DNA of 64,000 nt from assembly GCA_951406725.2 (NCBI GenBank), contig OX597820.1, positions 40,486,001-40,550,000 on the forward strand, written 5' to 3'. Below, in pieces: positions 28,500 to 41,500 of the stretch. Made by a program: the position numbers and the translations under genes. Each line of letters starts with the position of its first letter. Position 1 is the first letter of the stretch. Source of the stretch: Octopus vulgaris. Taxonomy: Eukaryota. Below the pieces are notes generated by a model, which saw nothing but the letters and a program-made list of their open reading frames with translations, did no database searches and was not told the DNA's origin.

Positions 28500-29310
28500 A
28501 ATACAAATATGTATATATATATTTTTTTTTTTTCGCGCTCACACACTCACAAGCACAAACTCACATATACACGTGCGAGCTTTACTTGTTTCATTCATTA
28601 CACTGAAGTCCAATTTCACGCTTTCTAATGAAGCACCGTTCAATATGGTTTCCTGTGCTTACCATGTTCTGAGTACAATCCACCTTGCTCAGATCTTCTG
28701 GCCTCTGGAAATCTCACACTTGAGCTTTATGTTATTGAGTTCATATTCTAAGTGAATTGATTTTTAACTTTCTTTTCGATGCTGAAGAGTAATATACCGG
28801 TGATAATTTAATTGTGGAGGATAAAACTTCGCTCTTAAAAAAAATTCTTTTAAGTTTCTAACATAATCAAAACATAGAAAGTATACACACATGCGTACAC
28901 ATATACGTGTGTGTATGTGTATATATATATGTATATTTATATATATGTATATATATATATATATATATTGCGAGTAATATATTGATAAACCTGTATAGTT
29001 GCTCTAGTAGTGCATGACAGTAAACATTGAATTGTGTAAAGTGTTAAGAAGTTCAAGCGCAGATTTGTAATTTTATTGATGAGTTAATGACGTGACCTGA
29101 AAGTCTGATGAAAGAAAAGAAATTGCTATTAAAAATGAATTAGAATATAATTATCAATGATAATAAAAAAACTAGTCATTATCATGTATCTTACAAATAA
29201 GTTATGTTCATACCATGTGATGTTGATGAAAATACAATATATACCGAGGGAGGCCTACTTCGTAAACTCTTGGGCATTATATTTGTCGTTCCAATGTTGA
29301 TTATTATGGA

Positions 29311-29521
<211 letters not shown>

Positions 29522-29799
29522 GAACACACATAAATATGTATGTATAAGACTCAGCATAATATGAATATATTATGTATATAGTCCCCTGTTCAATATTCGT
29601 TATGTATGACTATAGTCTATTCTATGTATATGTCCACTGGTTATTTCTCTATATTTATCTACGTTTAACGATTTGTCTTCTGTTTGTTGCACCTTTGATT
29701 TCTTCTTCTTTTTCTATTTTTCACATTATTTATGATTTTGGTACGATATTCTGGTGTCTCTTTTAAATGTTTTTTCTTTCTCTCTCTTTCTATTTTCCG

Positions 29800-29838
<39 letters not shown>

Positions 29839-29967
29839 AGTCTGTATGTCTGTCCGTCTATCTCTCTATCTATTAACATATATATAGAGAGAGACAGAGA
29901 GAGATGGAGAGAGAGGAAAAGAGATAGAGGAAGACAGATAGGTAAATGAATATATATACATATATGT

Positions 29968-30116
<149 letters not shown>

Positions 30117-31075
30117 GGACGTGTAAATGTGAGGGGGAATTTTATTTGTTTTGTTTTTGTGAGTTTACACATCTTCAGATATATGTGTAAATATATGTGT
30201 AATTCTCTATATATATATATGTGTAAATATATGTGTCTGTATCTTTGTCGAATTCCTTAGATTTATACGCATTACTCTATATGTGTACTTCATTTTTGCA
30301 TAACAAGCTAAGCACTCACTATATATTTGTCTGCTAATGAAATCTTTACATTGAATTATTTGAAAAAAACAAAAAACAAAGAAGTAAAAATAAAAAAGAA
30401 ACAACATAATTTTGGTATTCAAAATATATTTTAAATATATAAGCAATGTACGAAAGGAATCAATTTGCGAATAAATCTTTATTACTTTCTCACATTTTGT
30501 TGTTGCTGTTGTTATTATAATTATTGTTGTTTCTTATTCTGATCACGTATCATATTATTTAGGCGCGACATTGCAACGTCTGCTAGTTTGAGTTGTCAGG
30601 TCTAGAAAAACTACAAATATGGCGATAAACATTACGATAGATTGTCTTTCTTCATCTCGAATTCCCATTTTGGTTGAATGGCCACAATACTGTATTTATT
30701 TGGTATTGCTTCTGCTGTTGTTGTTCTAAATACTTGTATTTGAAACTTTTATTTTTTAATTATACATAATTTTACCTTTCAAAATAACCACAATTCCATC
30801 ATCAACACCATCTACTACAGAAACACATGACTGTATCCACCACTTCATTAAAAGAGATGGAGATACGAGACAATGATGGAGTCTTCAAACTGTGATTGGA
30901 CCTGCATGAAATAGCAACGAAATCTCTTTCAATAGTTACACTGTCTTTGAAAAAGTAGATTTTTATCTAAGTAGTAGATATTAGATAATGTAGTAAAGTG
31001 TATGCTAACCTATTTCAAACGGTAATCAATTAAAATTAAAATCGTTGTGACTAGTAGAAAAGAGAATATTTAATT

Positions 31076-31464
31076 ACTTGCTTACGAACCACATGGTACT
31101 GGGTTCACTCCCATTGTGTGGCATCTTGTGCAAGTGTCTTCTACTATAGCCTCGGGCCGACCAAAGCCTTGTGAGTAAATTTGGTAGACGGAAACTAAAA
31201 GAAGCCCGTCGTATATATGTATATATATATATATGTATGTGTGTGTATACGTTTGTGTGCCTGTGTTTGTCCCCCTAACATCGCTTGACAACCGATGCTG
31301 GTGTGTTTACGTCCCCGTAACTTAGTGGTTCGGCAAATGAGACCGATAGAATAAGTACTAGGCTTACAAAAATAAGTCCTGGGGTCGATTTACACGACTA
31401 AAAGGTGGAGCTCCAGCATGGCCACAGTCAAATGACTGAAACAAGTAAAGGGGTAAAAGAGTAA
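31076..31464 (+). mobile_element. SINE family B, near full length, with internal TA/TG microsatellite
   Basis: B-box-like gggttcactccc, CORE-like ggcatcttgtgcaagtgtctt, 3' end ctccagcatggccacagtcaaatgactgaaacaagtaaa. Confidence 0.88.
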
Positions 31465-31646
31465 TCCCGTTGAAAATAGACAGAGAAGACAGTCTTAAGT
31501 AATAAGTATATTATAATTTGGTAAACATAAATTTAATTTGGAAATGAAATATATTATAATGAGAATGTAATTAGTATTATGATCTAAGGCAAGTCGAAAA
31601 CTCGAACCGCGAATATGAGATGGTATATCAAGTAGGCAAGGGCTCC

Positions 31647-31991
31647 TCATCATCATCATTGTTCGACCGTGGTCGAGACAATGGAATTTACTATGCTACG
31701 CCAGACTTCACGGTCCATCATAGCATTACGTAGGTCCTGTTGCTGGATGCCTGTATCCCTGGAGATTACATCGGGGTAGGAAAGGGTGCGCCCTCTGGTA
31801 TCGTGAGTAGATTACCTCCAGAGGAGAAGAGTAGAAATTGCCTCGTTTTCAGCTCTACAATAATGTCCAGCAAACTGGACTCTCCTACCTTTCACAAGAG
31901 ATGACACAGGTGGTAGTTTCCCCATATATTTGCATTTTGATTGGATGACGCTTGCACGAGAGATTTTGAGCTCTCATAAGGAGGCGAGTGT
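31647..31991 (-). mobile_element. RTE-clade LINE 3' end with (TGA)n tail
   Basis: Minus-strand translation YTRLLMRAQNLSCKRHP...IYGKLPPVSSLVKGRRVQFAGHYCR...LLW...MMDREVWR...* followed by tgatgatgatga. Confidence 0.85.
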
Positions 31992-32345
31992 AGATTCCAT
32001 CCAACCGCCTCTCAGGCAAGGGCTATCTAGGGCTGAGGAACAAAGTCAACCATTATATGATGTGAAGAGTCTGTCACTATGCTCTCAGACGAAGTTTCGA
32101 AATGGTTCGAGTAAAACCTGAAAAACATGTTTTGGATAATTTGATCAATGATCAATCTATCTTTCGAATAAGATTGGAGAGTTCTGACTCTGAAAGCAGT
32201 GTTTTCAAAGTTGTAGTTTAGGGATGGATCCAGTTTCGGGTGACATCTGAGTTGTCACAGAAGAAAGAAGAATTTGCGTAACTTTACCAGTAGTAGTTAT
32301 TGCCTTCCTCGAAGATGAAACTCGACCTCCAAACCCGTTTTAACT

Positions 32346-32502
32346 GCGTTTATGTTTCGAAATTATTTTTTCTGAAAGCATGCCAAGGTTCTTCAACACA
32401 ACACACTTACTAACACAACATAGTACGCGTTTATGTTTCGAAATTATTTTTTCTGAAAGCATGCCAAGGTTCTTCAACACACTTACTAACACAACATAGT
32501 AC
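32346..32502. repeat. Tandem duplication, ~81-bp period
   Basis: gcgtttatgtttcgaaattattttttctgaaagcatgccaagg...acatagtac occurs twice. Confidence 0.92.
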
Positions 32503-32779
32503 TATTTCCGGAGATACGTTTACAATTTTGTGTGTGTGTGTATGTGTGTTATTCATATATTATATATTCATATAATTATACGATAGTATAATATATGTAT
32601 GTATAATATTTAATATATGCATATATATTATATATATATATATATATATGTACAAAATTCAGCAAAGAAATATGAATAATAGGAGGAAAGGAGGTGTAGT
32701 AAGTCATTGGCAGATATAGTTTATTAAGACTTTCCACTAATTTCTCTCTTTAGCCGCAATAAGTCGTTCTTCGCCGTTT

Positions 32780-33580
32780 CTTTTCCCGCTTTCCGCCTTG
32801 CATGATGTTAAGTAACAGTCATTGTCGATAGCATACATTGGGTGGTGTCACATTTGGTGACCAATCCATCTCAGCCGGCGTTCCTTTATCCTTGTGGTCA
32901 TTTGCTTTACGTCAGCTATTTGGTACAATGCAGCAGGTCTCATGTGTGAAAAGTGTTCACCATGGACCCTTTACCGATTTGTATTTGTTCCCATGCCTCG
33001 CGTCCATATGTAAAAATCGGAAGACATAGAATTTTGTATATCTTTATCTTCGTTGCAGGGTTGATGTCAGACGTCATTGCTCTACATGCTGCTCTCCTGT
33101 CAATGATGTCAATGTCTGAGTTGTGAGAAAGATTAGCAACAATCGATCCAAGGTGAATGAATTTTATCAACCCTAGATAGCTGCTTTCTATTTGCCAGGA
33201 CGCCTGTTGTTTCGTCTGTATTTATATTAATGGCCATGTAGTTTGTCGTAGATTCGATTATTTCTAGCCCAGTCTTTGTTTCTTGCATGACACGATCCGA
33301 GTAGACCTGTGATTCAATGAGGCTAGGAACAAAGATAGGCCAACTTATGTTACTCTTATATGTGAATTTCATCCTCCGCATGGGATGCAGTTTTCATCAC
33401 AAGATCCATAACTACCAAAAATAGATAAGGTGCTAAGGTATCACCTTGTAGAATTTCACCCTGAGCTATGAAGCCAGGGGACTGCTTTCCATTAAAAAGG
33501 ACATATGCTGTTTGATGTCTAACTGTCGATGTTACCTTTGATGGTATACCTGTCCGTTCAAGAATCCGAAACAGCGGTAC
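32780..33580 (-). mobile_element. Decayed RTE-like reverse transcriptase fragment
   Basis: GIPSKV...GEILQGDTLAPYLFLVVMDLVM, FIHLGS and KIKIYKILCLPIFTYGREAW in ORFs 33356-33793 and 32940-33170. Confidence 0.8.
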
Positions 33581-34040
33581 AGAGAGAGAAGAGAGACATG
33601 GGATAAGAAGGGAGTCGGAGTGGCAGGATGCGGCGATGAAGTCAGAGTGGCAGGACGCGGCGATGAAGTTGACGGAACCGGAGTGGCAGGATGCGACGAT
33701 CGTAAATTCGATGAAACAAGACGCGACGACGAAGTTGATAGGACCGGAGTGGAAGAACCAGACTGTCGGGTTGTAAATACCTACATGAAACATCTAATCA
33801 GCTTCTCAGTTAGCAGGTGGACCGGTACTAACTCTGGTGACAGGTTTTAAGTCAGGTAGCGTATAATTACGTCGACCGATTTAAAGCATATACATTGCGT
33901 GAGTAAATTTACATCACCCGTTTTAAAAGGGTTAATGAGACACAGTATAGTTTTACCTCCTCTATTTTAAAAAGAAACCAGAATTGACTGTAACTGATAA
34001 GGAACACAAGACTACGGGGGCTCCGAACCGGAATAAGAAG
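33581..34040 (+). mobile_element. Possible LTR remnant with internal tandem repeats and a tRNA-Pro-like primer-binding site
   Basis: Degenerate repeats cggagtggcaggaYgcggcgatgaagt (33615-33760); cgggggctccgaaccgga at ~34015 resembles TGGGGGCTCGTCCGGGA. Confidence 0.3.
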
Positions 34041-34859
34041 TATTAAGAGAAACTGTAAAATAAAAGAAGGCATGAGTAATGGAATGCGGTAAATCGACGG
34101 TGAGTTTAAGAAAATAGATAAGTTGAGAGTGAAAGTGAAGGCTAAGAAGGGTGAAAAGGTTATTTTTCTAGGTTCATATATGAAACTTTATTCCCTCCGT
34201 TTCCTTGAGAATGTGGATCCATAGTGTCAGGTGATGTCCCGTTCTGAATAATCAAATATCCGATAATGTTTTGTCAAGTAATGTTGCTTAACGTTAGACA
34301 GAATATACAACTTGGATTTTGTGTGTTTTATTTACATATGATTCCCTGTATATTTTTGCGGACGTAATATAGTGGTGCTTTTCCTGTTACGTGATTATAT
34401 ATATATATATATACAAAGATTCATATAATAAATCACTGAGAGTGGGCTAGTATGTATATATGTGTGTGTAAAGTTAAAGTGAGATTGTGAGCATCTAGAG
34501 TACGCTGATAAATTACGAGTGTTTCGAACAGGTGTTTGTATACGAAAAGTAGATTGAGTTGTCATTGTGGTAGTTATTATTTTCTTTAATATTTCATCAA
34601 CGAATTTTATGGGTTTTATATTAATGTTCTTTTAATATTTCAGCTTTCAGCTTTTCAGATTTTGTCTGTATTCTGTCACATTCTCTTTATCAAACACGTA
34701 AATTCAAGTATGATATTATATATGTATATATAACTATATAAAATATCCATCTATATCTGTTTATCTGTCTGTCTTTCTGTCTGCTTGACAACTGTCTGTC
34801 TATGGGTTTTTTCTACGATATTATACAACAATAAATTGCAATATTTAGCTTTGCGTTGA

Positions 34860-35320
34860 TCAGAAGATTCCATCCCCAAACCGGGACTACAGAAGAAAAG
34901 TGTTACTCTATATTTGTGGAGATATGAAATGTTTCGTCTATCGTAGGGTTAAACCAAAGTGAAACCAAGTGGAAGTACTTCAGAAAATCTTGCAGAAAAT
35001 GGACCCAAAATATGTCAAAAAATATGTAAAGGAGTGTTGCTGATATATGATAGTGCATGGCCATATGCTGCCCAAATCATTGCGAAAAAATTAAAGCACT
35101 CAGTATGGAAGTTTTTGCTCAGCCTCCCTACACACTTGACGAGCTCCAGCTATATCGTCTTGTGAGATCATTGAAGCATTATTTAGAAGAAGAATAGTTC
35201 AATAATTTGCAAGAGTTGAAAAAAAAGGAGTGTTTCTTCGAAGCCTGAACAGCTTGTCACCCGAGTGACCAATAGTTTACGAAATAAATGATATTATATT
35301 ACCAAAGAAGCATTTGTTAA
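34860..35320 (+). mobile_element. Decayed mariner transposase C-terminal fragment
   Basis: GVLLIYDSAWPYAAQ resembles LLHDNARPH, followed by a broken HPPYSPDLAPSDY.LFRSL motif. Confidence 0.65.
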
Positions 35321-35429
35321 TTTCTCATCATGAAATGCAACATGACTTTCAATATGAATATATGTCTACACATATACACATCTACAAACAAGCGCGAGTG
35401 TATGTGTGGGACGTTATCAAGCAGATAGA

Positions 35430-36600
35430 ACAGACGGGCTATAAGTACTTGGGGATATTGGAAATGGATGAAATCATGGAAAAATAAGTGACAGAAAAAT
35501 TTAAGGCGGAGTACTTGCACAGACTGTGACTGATCCTGGAATCGAAATTAAATGGACGGAATAAGATTGAAGCTATCAACACCTGAGCGGTTTCACTCCT
35601 TAGCTATGGGACAGGGGTAATCACATGGAAATTAGACGAGCTAAACAGCTTAGACAGAAATACAAAGCAGTTTCTGACTAGATATGGGATACTCCACCAA
35701 AAATGTGACAGACAGACTGTATGCACCTATAAAATGTGGGTTAAGAGGACTGATTGCATGCGAACACAGCATTAGAGCAGAAGAAAACAACATAGCACTG
35801 TATGTAAAAAATGCGACAGAACCACTACAATTGGAAGCATGAAGGTAAGGCTTGTGTAGAATAGAAGATTATAAAGATAAAGCACTGTACAAATACTTGA
35901 GAATGAATGAGACTGAAAATTGCTAGATAAAGAAAAGAATGCGTGGGCAATTTCATAGGGATGTTGAAGATAAGACAGACAGATAATTAAAAGTGATTTA
36001 AAACCGGAAACGGAGTTTCTAATCTGTGCTGCCCAAGTGCAAGCATTAAGAACCAATTACATGAAATTCAGAAGTGACAACAGATAAAAAACTGATAACT
36101 GCAGAATTTGTTGACAAAATGGTGGACCGTATGGCATATTACCAGTAAATGTACGCCACTAGCCCTGAATGAATATACGAGACGTCAACATAATATAGCA
36201 AGGATTGTCCATTGGACATTTTGCAAAAAGTATGGACTTGACAGAGCAAAAAAGTGGTACAAACATAATCCCGAAGGCATCATCGAAAAAGGTTAATCCA
36301 AAAATCCTATGGGATTTTATGGTTCAATTCGATGAAGAGATAGAGAATAGTAAACCAGGCATAGTGTTACATGCGATACGGAAGAAAGAAAAGTCGATAG
36401 ATATGACAGGTTAACTTGGGAGAAAGGTGGTAGTAGTACCAATAACTGTCGGAGCTCTGAGAAGAGTGATTAACATTCTTTAAAAGTACACGGAACAAAT
36501 AGAAGTTGCAATAAGAGTGGGCTACTTGTAAAAACAGCACTGCTTCGAACCGCTCGAATACTCCGAATGGTGTCTGAAAACTAAGGGATGGTAGAAGCTG
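35430..36600 (+). mobile_element. Older, diverged Dong/R4-like LINE 3' portion
   Basis: YKYLGI, SKLNGRNKIEAINT, ETEFLICAAQVQALRTN, CRIC...HITSKC, ARIVHW..CKKY...WYKHNPE, KILWDF, TARILR; followed by (AAT)n. Confidence 0.85.
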
Positions 36601-36615
36601 TGCAAAGAAAATAAC

Positions 36616-36683
<68 letters not shown>

Positions 36684-36687
36684 TATT

Positions 36688-36933
36688 ATGATAGCAAAAG
36701 GGGCTGATTGCTATCTAACTCAGATACCAGGAAACCCAAAAATGGCAGAAATTCAAAAGATAGTGCTCATGGGAACTGCTCATATCCTACGCAAAATACT
36801 TTCTATGTAATCTCAAGGTTTAAAACAAACATTTTTTTTTAGACATCAACTAGTACAACACAAAAAACAACCAAATATATGGCACACTAGGCATAACAAC
36901 AACGTGAACTTCCAATCTGTTGTCTCTTGAGGT
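36688..36933 (+). mobile_element. Dong-like 3' end, subfamily 2, truncated within the 3' UTR
   Basis: MIAKGADCYLTQIPGNPKMAEIQKIVLMGTAHILRKILSM* plus UTR; closely matches the reverse complement of ~47406-47670. Confidence 0.85.
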
Positions 36934-37211
36934 AACCAGAATGTGGAATCTAAAAACAGAAACAATTCCTATCATAGAAGGTGCATTAGGCATGATAAAA
37001 AAATATTCAGACAAATACATAACAAAAACACCAGGACTTACAAACACATATAACATACTGAAAATTGCACTACTAGGCACTGCACACATCCTACGCAGAA
37101 CACTTTCCATACAATAACCATCAGAGCATCACAACAAATCACAGCACATACCCAAGGCACACAGAGCTGCGCTCGGTAGTGAAGTGAAAGCACGCTATAA
37201 AAATAAAACTA

Positions 37212-37215
<4 letters not shown>
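36929..37215 (+). mobile_element. Dong-like 3' end, subfamily 3, with (AAT)n tail
   Basis: EVTRMWNLKTETIPIIEGALGMIKK...LLGTAHILRRTLSIQ*, then a short UTR and (AAT)n. Confidence 0.85.
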
Positions 37216-37288
<73 letters not shown>

Positions 37289-37299
37289 TGATGATGATG

Positions 37300-37636
37300 C
37301 AATACTAGGCAGTGGCTCTCATGGATGCCCTGATGCAGTACCAGGCAGTGACTCTCATGGCTTCTGATCTTAACTGATTGGAAGTGTTATCATGTACACT
37401 GTTTTGTCTTGGTATAAAAGATGGGCTACAGCAAATATTCTGCTCAATACCACAGATTTGCTTGTCAGTTGTTTGACCTTAACCAGTTGAGCATGTCCCT
37501 CAGTGGCTGACGATATGTGTATCTCTGATCACGAGCAGAAGTAGTGGGGGAGCATCATATCCATGTGTTGAGAGGGATTCTTTGAGGTTTGAATAATTCA
37601 CTTCTGGAAACATGGGTGTTTCGTTCAACATCCTTA
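37300..37636 (+). mobile_element. Repeat X, 3'-truncated
   Basis: Matches 11420-11722; short tandem duplication at the 5' end. Confidence 0.75.
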
Positions 37637-38115
37637 ATGAAACAAAATTTCCCCAAAGCTATCGGTTCATAACATGTCTGTCTACCACGTATAACATTTT
37701 AACATCCATCCTCGTGGAGAAAACATACAAATTTATGGAACAGAATAATATTTTCCCACTGAACAAAAAAGGGTGCCGACAAGGTTCATATGGATGCAAA
37801 GACCAACTCTTAATCAATCGCATGATCCTTGAGAACTGTCATAAACTCATAAATCTCAGTTCTGCAGGGATTGATTATAAAAAGGCTTTTGATAGCATGC
37901 CGCATTCATGGATCTTGAAATCGCTGGATATCTTCAAAATTTTTCCAGTGTTACCAAGCTTCCTGAAGCACATGTCAATGTGGAATACGAATCCCCATTT
38001 ATACCATTCTGTTGGAGTACTGACCACAAAAAATATTAATTTCAACTACAGCATTTTCCAATGTGACTCACTTTCACCTTTAATTTTCTGCATAGCCTTA
38101 ATGCCCTTTACAACT
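37636..38115 (+). mobile_element. Dong-like RT internal fragment
   Basis: YRFITCLSTTYNILTSIL...GCKDQLLIN...DYKKAFDSMPHSW...FQCDSLSPLIFCIAL; homologous to 40188-40672. Confidence 0.9.
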
Positions 38116-38154
38116 TATGATGACGATGATGACAAAAACAATAAAAATAATAAC

Positions 38155-38363
38155 CTTTTCTACTCTAGGCACAAAGCACGAAATTTTGAGAGAGCCAATC
38201 GATTAGATCAACTCCAGTACGCAACTGGTACTTCATTTATCGACTCCGAAAAGATAAAAAGCAAAGTCGACCTCGTCGGAATTTGAACACAGAGAATAAA
38301 GACAAATGAGAAACCGCTAAACATTTTGCCCAGCGTGCTAACGTATCTGCCAGATCGCCCTTT
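38155..38363 (-). mobile_element. SINE family A
   Basis: ttatcgactccgaaaagataaaaagcaaagtcgacctcgtcggaatttgaac...tctgccagatcgccc. Confidence 0.8.
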
Positions 38364-38435
38364 TAATAATAATAATAATGATAATAATAATAATCATAGT
38401 AATAATAAGAGTAACAACAATAACAACAATAATAA

Positions 38436-38500
<65 letters not shown>

Positions 38501-38513
38501 CAATAATAATAAT

Positions 38514-41500
38514 GGTACGATTATAATTGTAACGGCAATGATGGCCGTCTCCCCACGAGCCAATCAAAGCTAAAAAATGATAACATTATCGTAGCACCAA
38601 AATGTTTTTGGAAACTAAAAGGAAAACTAAATCAGTATACCAAATCGCTTGTCCTATGGTTAATCTGGAAGCGCGTCCCCCAGGGAAGAGCCAGCCTGGG
38701 ATCGAAAAGTCATCAACTGGCACAAACTCTTCTCCGAATACGGACATGGATGGTCACTTGAACGGGAAATCCCCCAACTCGAGCCCTCCAAGTTCACCAC
38801 CACAACCACCACAGAAAGAAAAATGTAAGCGGAACAAATGGACCCGAGAAGAGTATAAAGAAGTAATATACGCTTATTACTATGCATTAGGTAGGCCATC
38901 TCAAGAGAGACACACCGCAAACTCTTACAGTATATGGAGAACACGGAATCAAGACAGTAGGCCCTATTTGGACGAGAGCAAATTAGCAAATGTGAGGGGG
39001 GATATCCTTAGAAATAACAGACTCACAGACAGTGAAATAAGCGCGATCAAGCACGCAACGGAAAATGACATAAATATAAGACACAAAGGAAATGAAGAAT
39101 CAGATGAACAGTATAGCCCGCCACGAGGCTTAATTGAAAGACTGCCATCTGACCAAAGTACGCAAAGGCCTGAAGATACAAGAAATTCTATTGTACCTGT
39201 TAAAGATAGCCAGGAAAACGAAAAAACAACAGTAACTGAAGATCTCGCATTTGCTGAAGAACACAGAGAGTCTATGGCAGAAATGAGGCAGAAAATCTTG
39301 AATACGCTTGAAGTTGTAAGACATACAAGTATGAATGATAGAGAACCACTTCATAAACTCTCAAATACAAACCAAAATAAAAAACAAATCCAAATTGGCA
39401 ACTATGTAACAAATGAAATAATACGAGAATTAAAACCTGATTTTACTGAGTTAAATGAAATTATTTACGCTTCTGCTAGGGCAATTGAAACCAGCTGTAT
39501 GCCCCCGAAAAAACAAAGAAAACAAAACCTGGGAAGAAATCAAACCTGGTGAAGTAAAATTGAAAAAGAGATTGAATTTATGAGAGGGGAAATATCAATA
39601 TTAAATGAACTAATATGTGGAAATGATGTAAGATCCAGAACAGGAAGAAAGATGAAGAGAAAATTTGGATCCTCCAAGAGAAGAACTGATATCAATAAAA
39701 GAAACGCTGAAACAAACAGTCCAAGCAAAAGCCCAAAGAATACGAAGATTTGAGAAGAGAAACAAGTTTTACAAGCAAAATAAGCTGTTCACATCCAATG
39801 CCAAAAAATTCTACAGAGAAATATGGAAGGAGAAAGTAACCGTTAAAAACCCCCTCCCATGGAAGAAGTTCAAAACTTTTGGAAAAGGATTTGGAGTGAC
39901 AAGAAGACGTACAACATAAATGCAGACTGGATTATACAAACTGAAGGATCCTACCAAAATATACAACAACAAGCATGGGAAGACATCACAATAGCAGACC
40001 TAAGAAAGGCACTCACGAAGGCCCATAATTGGAAATCCCCCGGTAAAGATAGGGTGCCGAATTTCTGGCTCGCATCGCTCCCATGCGCACACGGCAAGCT
40101 AGTTCAGCTGCTCAATGGAATTATGAGAGACCCAAAGAAAATACCTGAATGGTTAGCAAGTGGCATTACTTATCTACTCCCAAAGAATAACGAAACCAAC
40201 CTTCCAAAAAACTATCGGCCAATAACCTGTCTATCCACCACGTATAAAATCCTAACATCTATCCTGGCAGAGAAAACATATGCATTCATGGAGAAGAACG
40301 ATATTTTCCCCATTGAACAAAAAAGGTGCCGCCGAGGCTCTTACGGATGCAAAGATCAACTGCTAATCAATCGTATGATCCTTGAGAACTGTCACAACAA
40401 GCGCAGAAATCTCAGCACCGCATGGATTGACTATAAAAAGGCCTTCGACAGTATACCGCATCCATGGATCTTGAGATCGCTGGACATCTTCAAAATTTCC
40501 CCTGTGATTTCAAACTTCCTGAAGCACAATATGTCGTTGTGGAATACGAATCTCCAATTATACCACTCTAATGAAGTACTTGCCTCAGAAAATATAAACA
40601 TCAACTGTGGAATTTTTCAAGGTGACTCACTTTCACCTTTAATATTCTGCATAGCCCTAATACCCCTTACAAGTGAATTAAACAGAACAGGGTATGGGTA
40701 TAAAATTGCCAATAAAAAAATAAGCCATCTATTTTATATGGATGACTTAAAACTTTATGGTAAAGACAATAATGAACTTGAAGGCCTATTGCGCACCGTG
40801 AAAGCATTCAGCGATGACATCGGGATGGAGTTTGGACTTGAGAAGTGTGCCAAGGCCACTTTCCAGAAAGGGAAAGTGAAGACCACAAATTCAGTCGTGT
40901 TAGATTTTGACACAGTCATAAGAAAGCTTGAGCAAGAACAAACATACAAATATTTAGGGATAAATGAAGGCTCTGGTATTCAGCATGCAAGCATGAAAGA
41001 GAAGATCAGGAAGGAATGTTATAGGAGAGTTCGGGCAGTCCTGAAATCTGAACTAAATGCACGTAACAAGGTGTTAGCTATAAATTCCTTAGCAGTTCCA
41101 GTTGTTACTTATAGCTACAATGTGTTGAACTGAAATATGAGTGAAGTAAAGAATATAGATATGAAAATACGCAAGCTGCTGAGTTGTAATAGGATGCACC
41201 ACCCAAAGGCAGACGTAGATCGCCTTTACCTTCCCAGAGCCCAAGGAGGTCGAGGCCTGATCCAATTTGAACTAGCTTACAAAACAACCACAATTGGACT
41301 GGCCAAATATCTCGAAATATCGAATGACTGGATGCTAAAGCTCGTGGAAAATCACGAGAGACGAAAGAAGCTTCATTCTATCATAAAGGAAAGCCAAAAA
41401 TTTGCTATTGATCTCGTGCAGGATACCCAAACTGAACAACCCGAGGGAAGTACGGCAACTATTGTTGCAAAGAAGGTGAAAATGATGGCAATGAAAAAAG

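Noticed and set aside
37612-38286. 224-aa ORF as a gene
   Set aside because: Chance read-through of repeat X, a Dong RT fragment and an antisense SINE.
38514-38600. HDV-like ribozyme in the Dong 5' UTR (ctccccacgag...gctaa)
   Set aside because: P2 and P1.1 partners are not in the required order.
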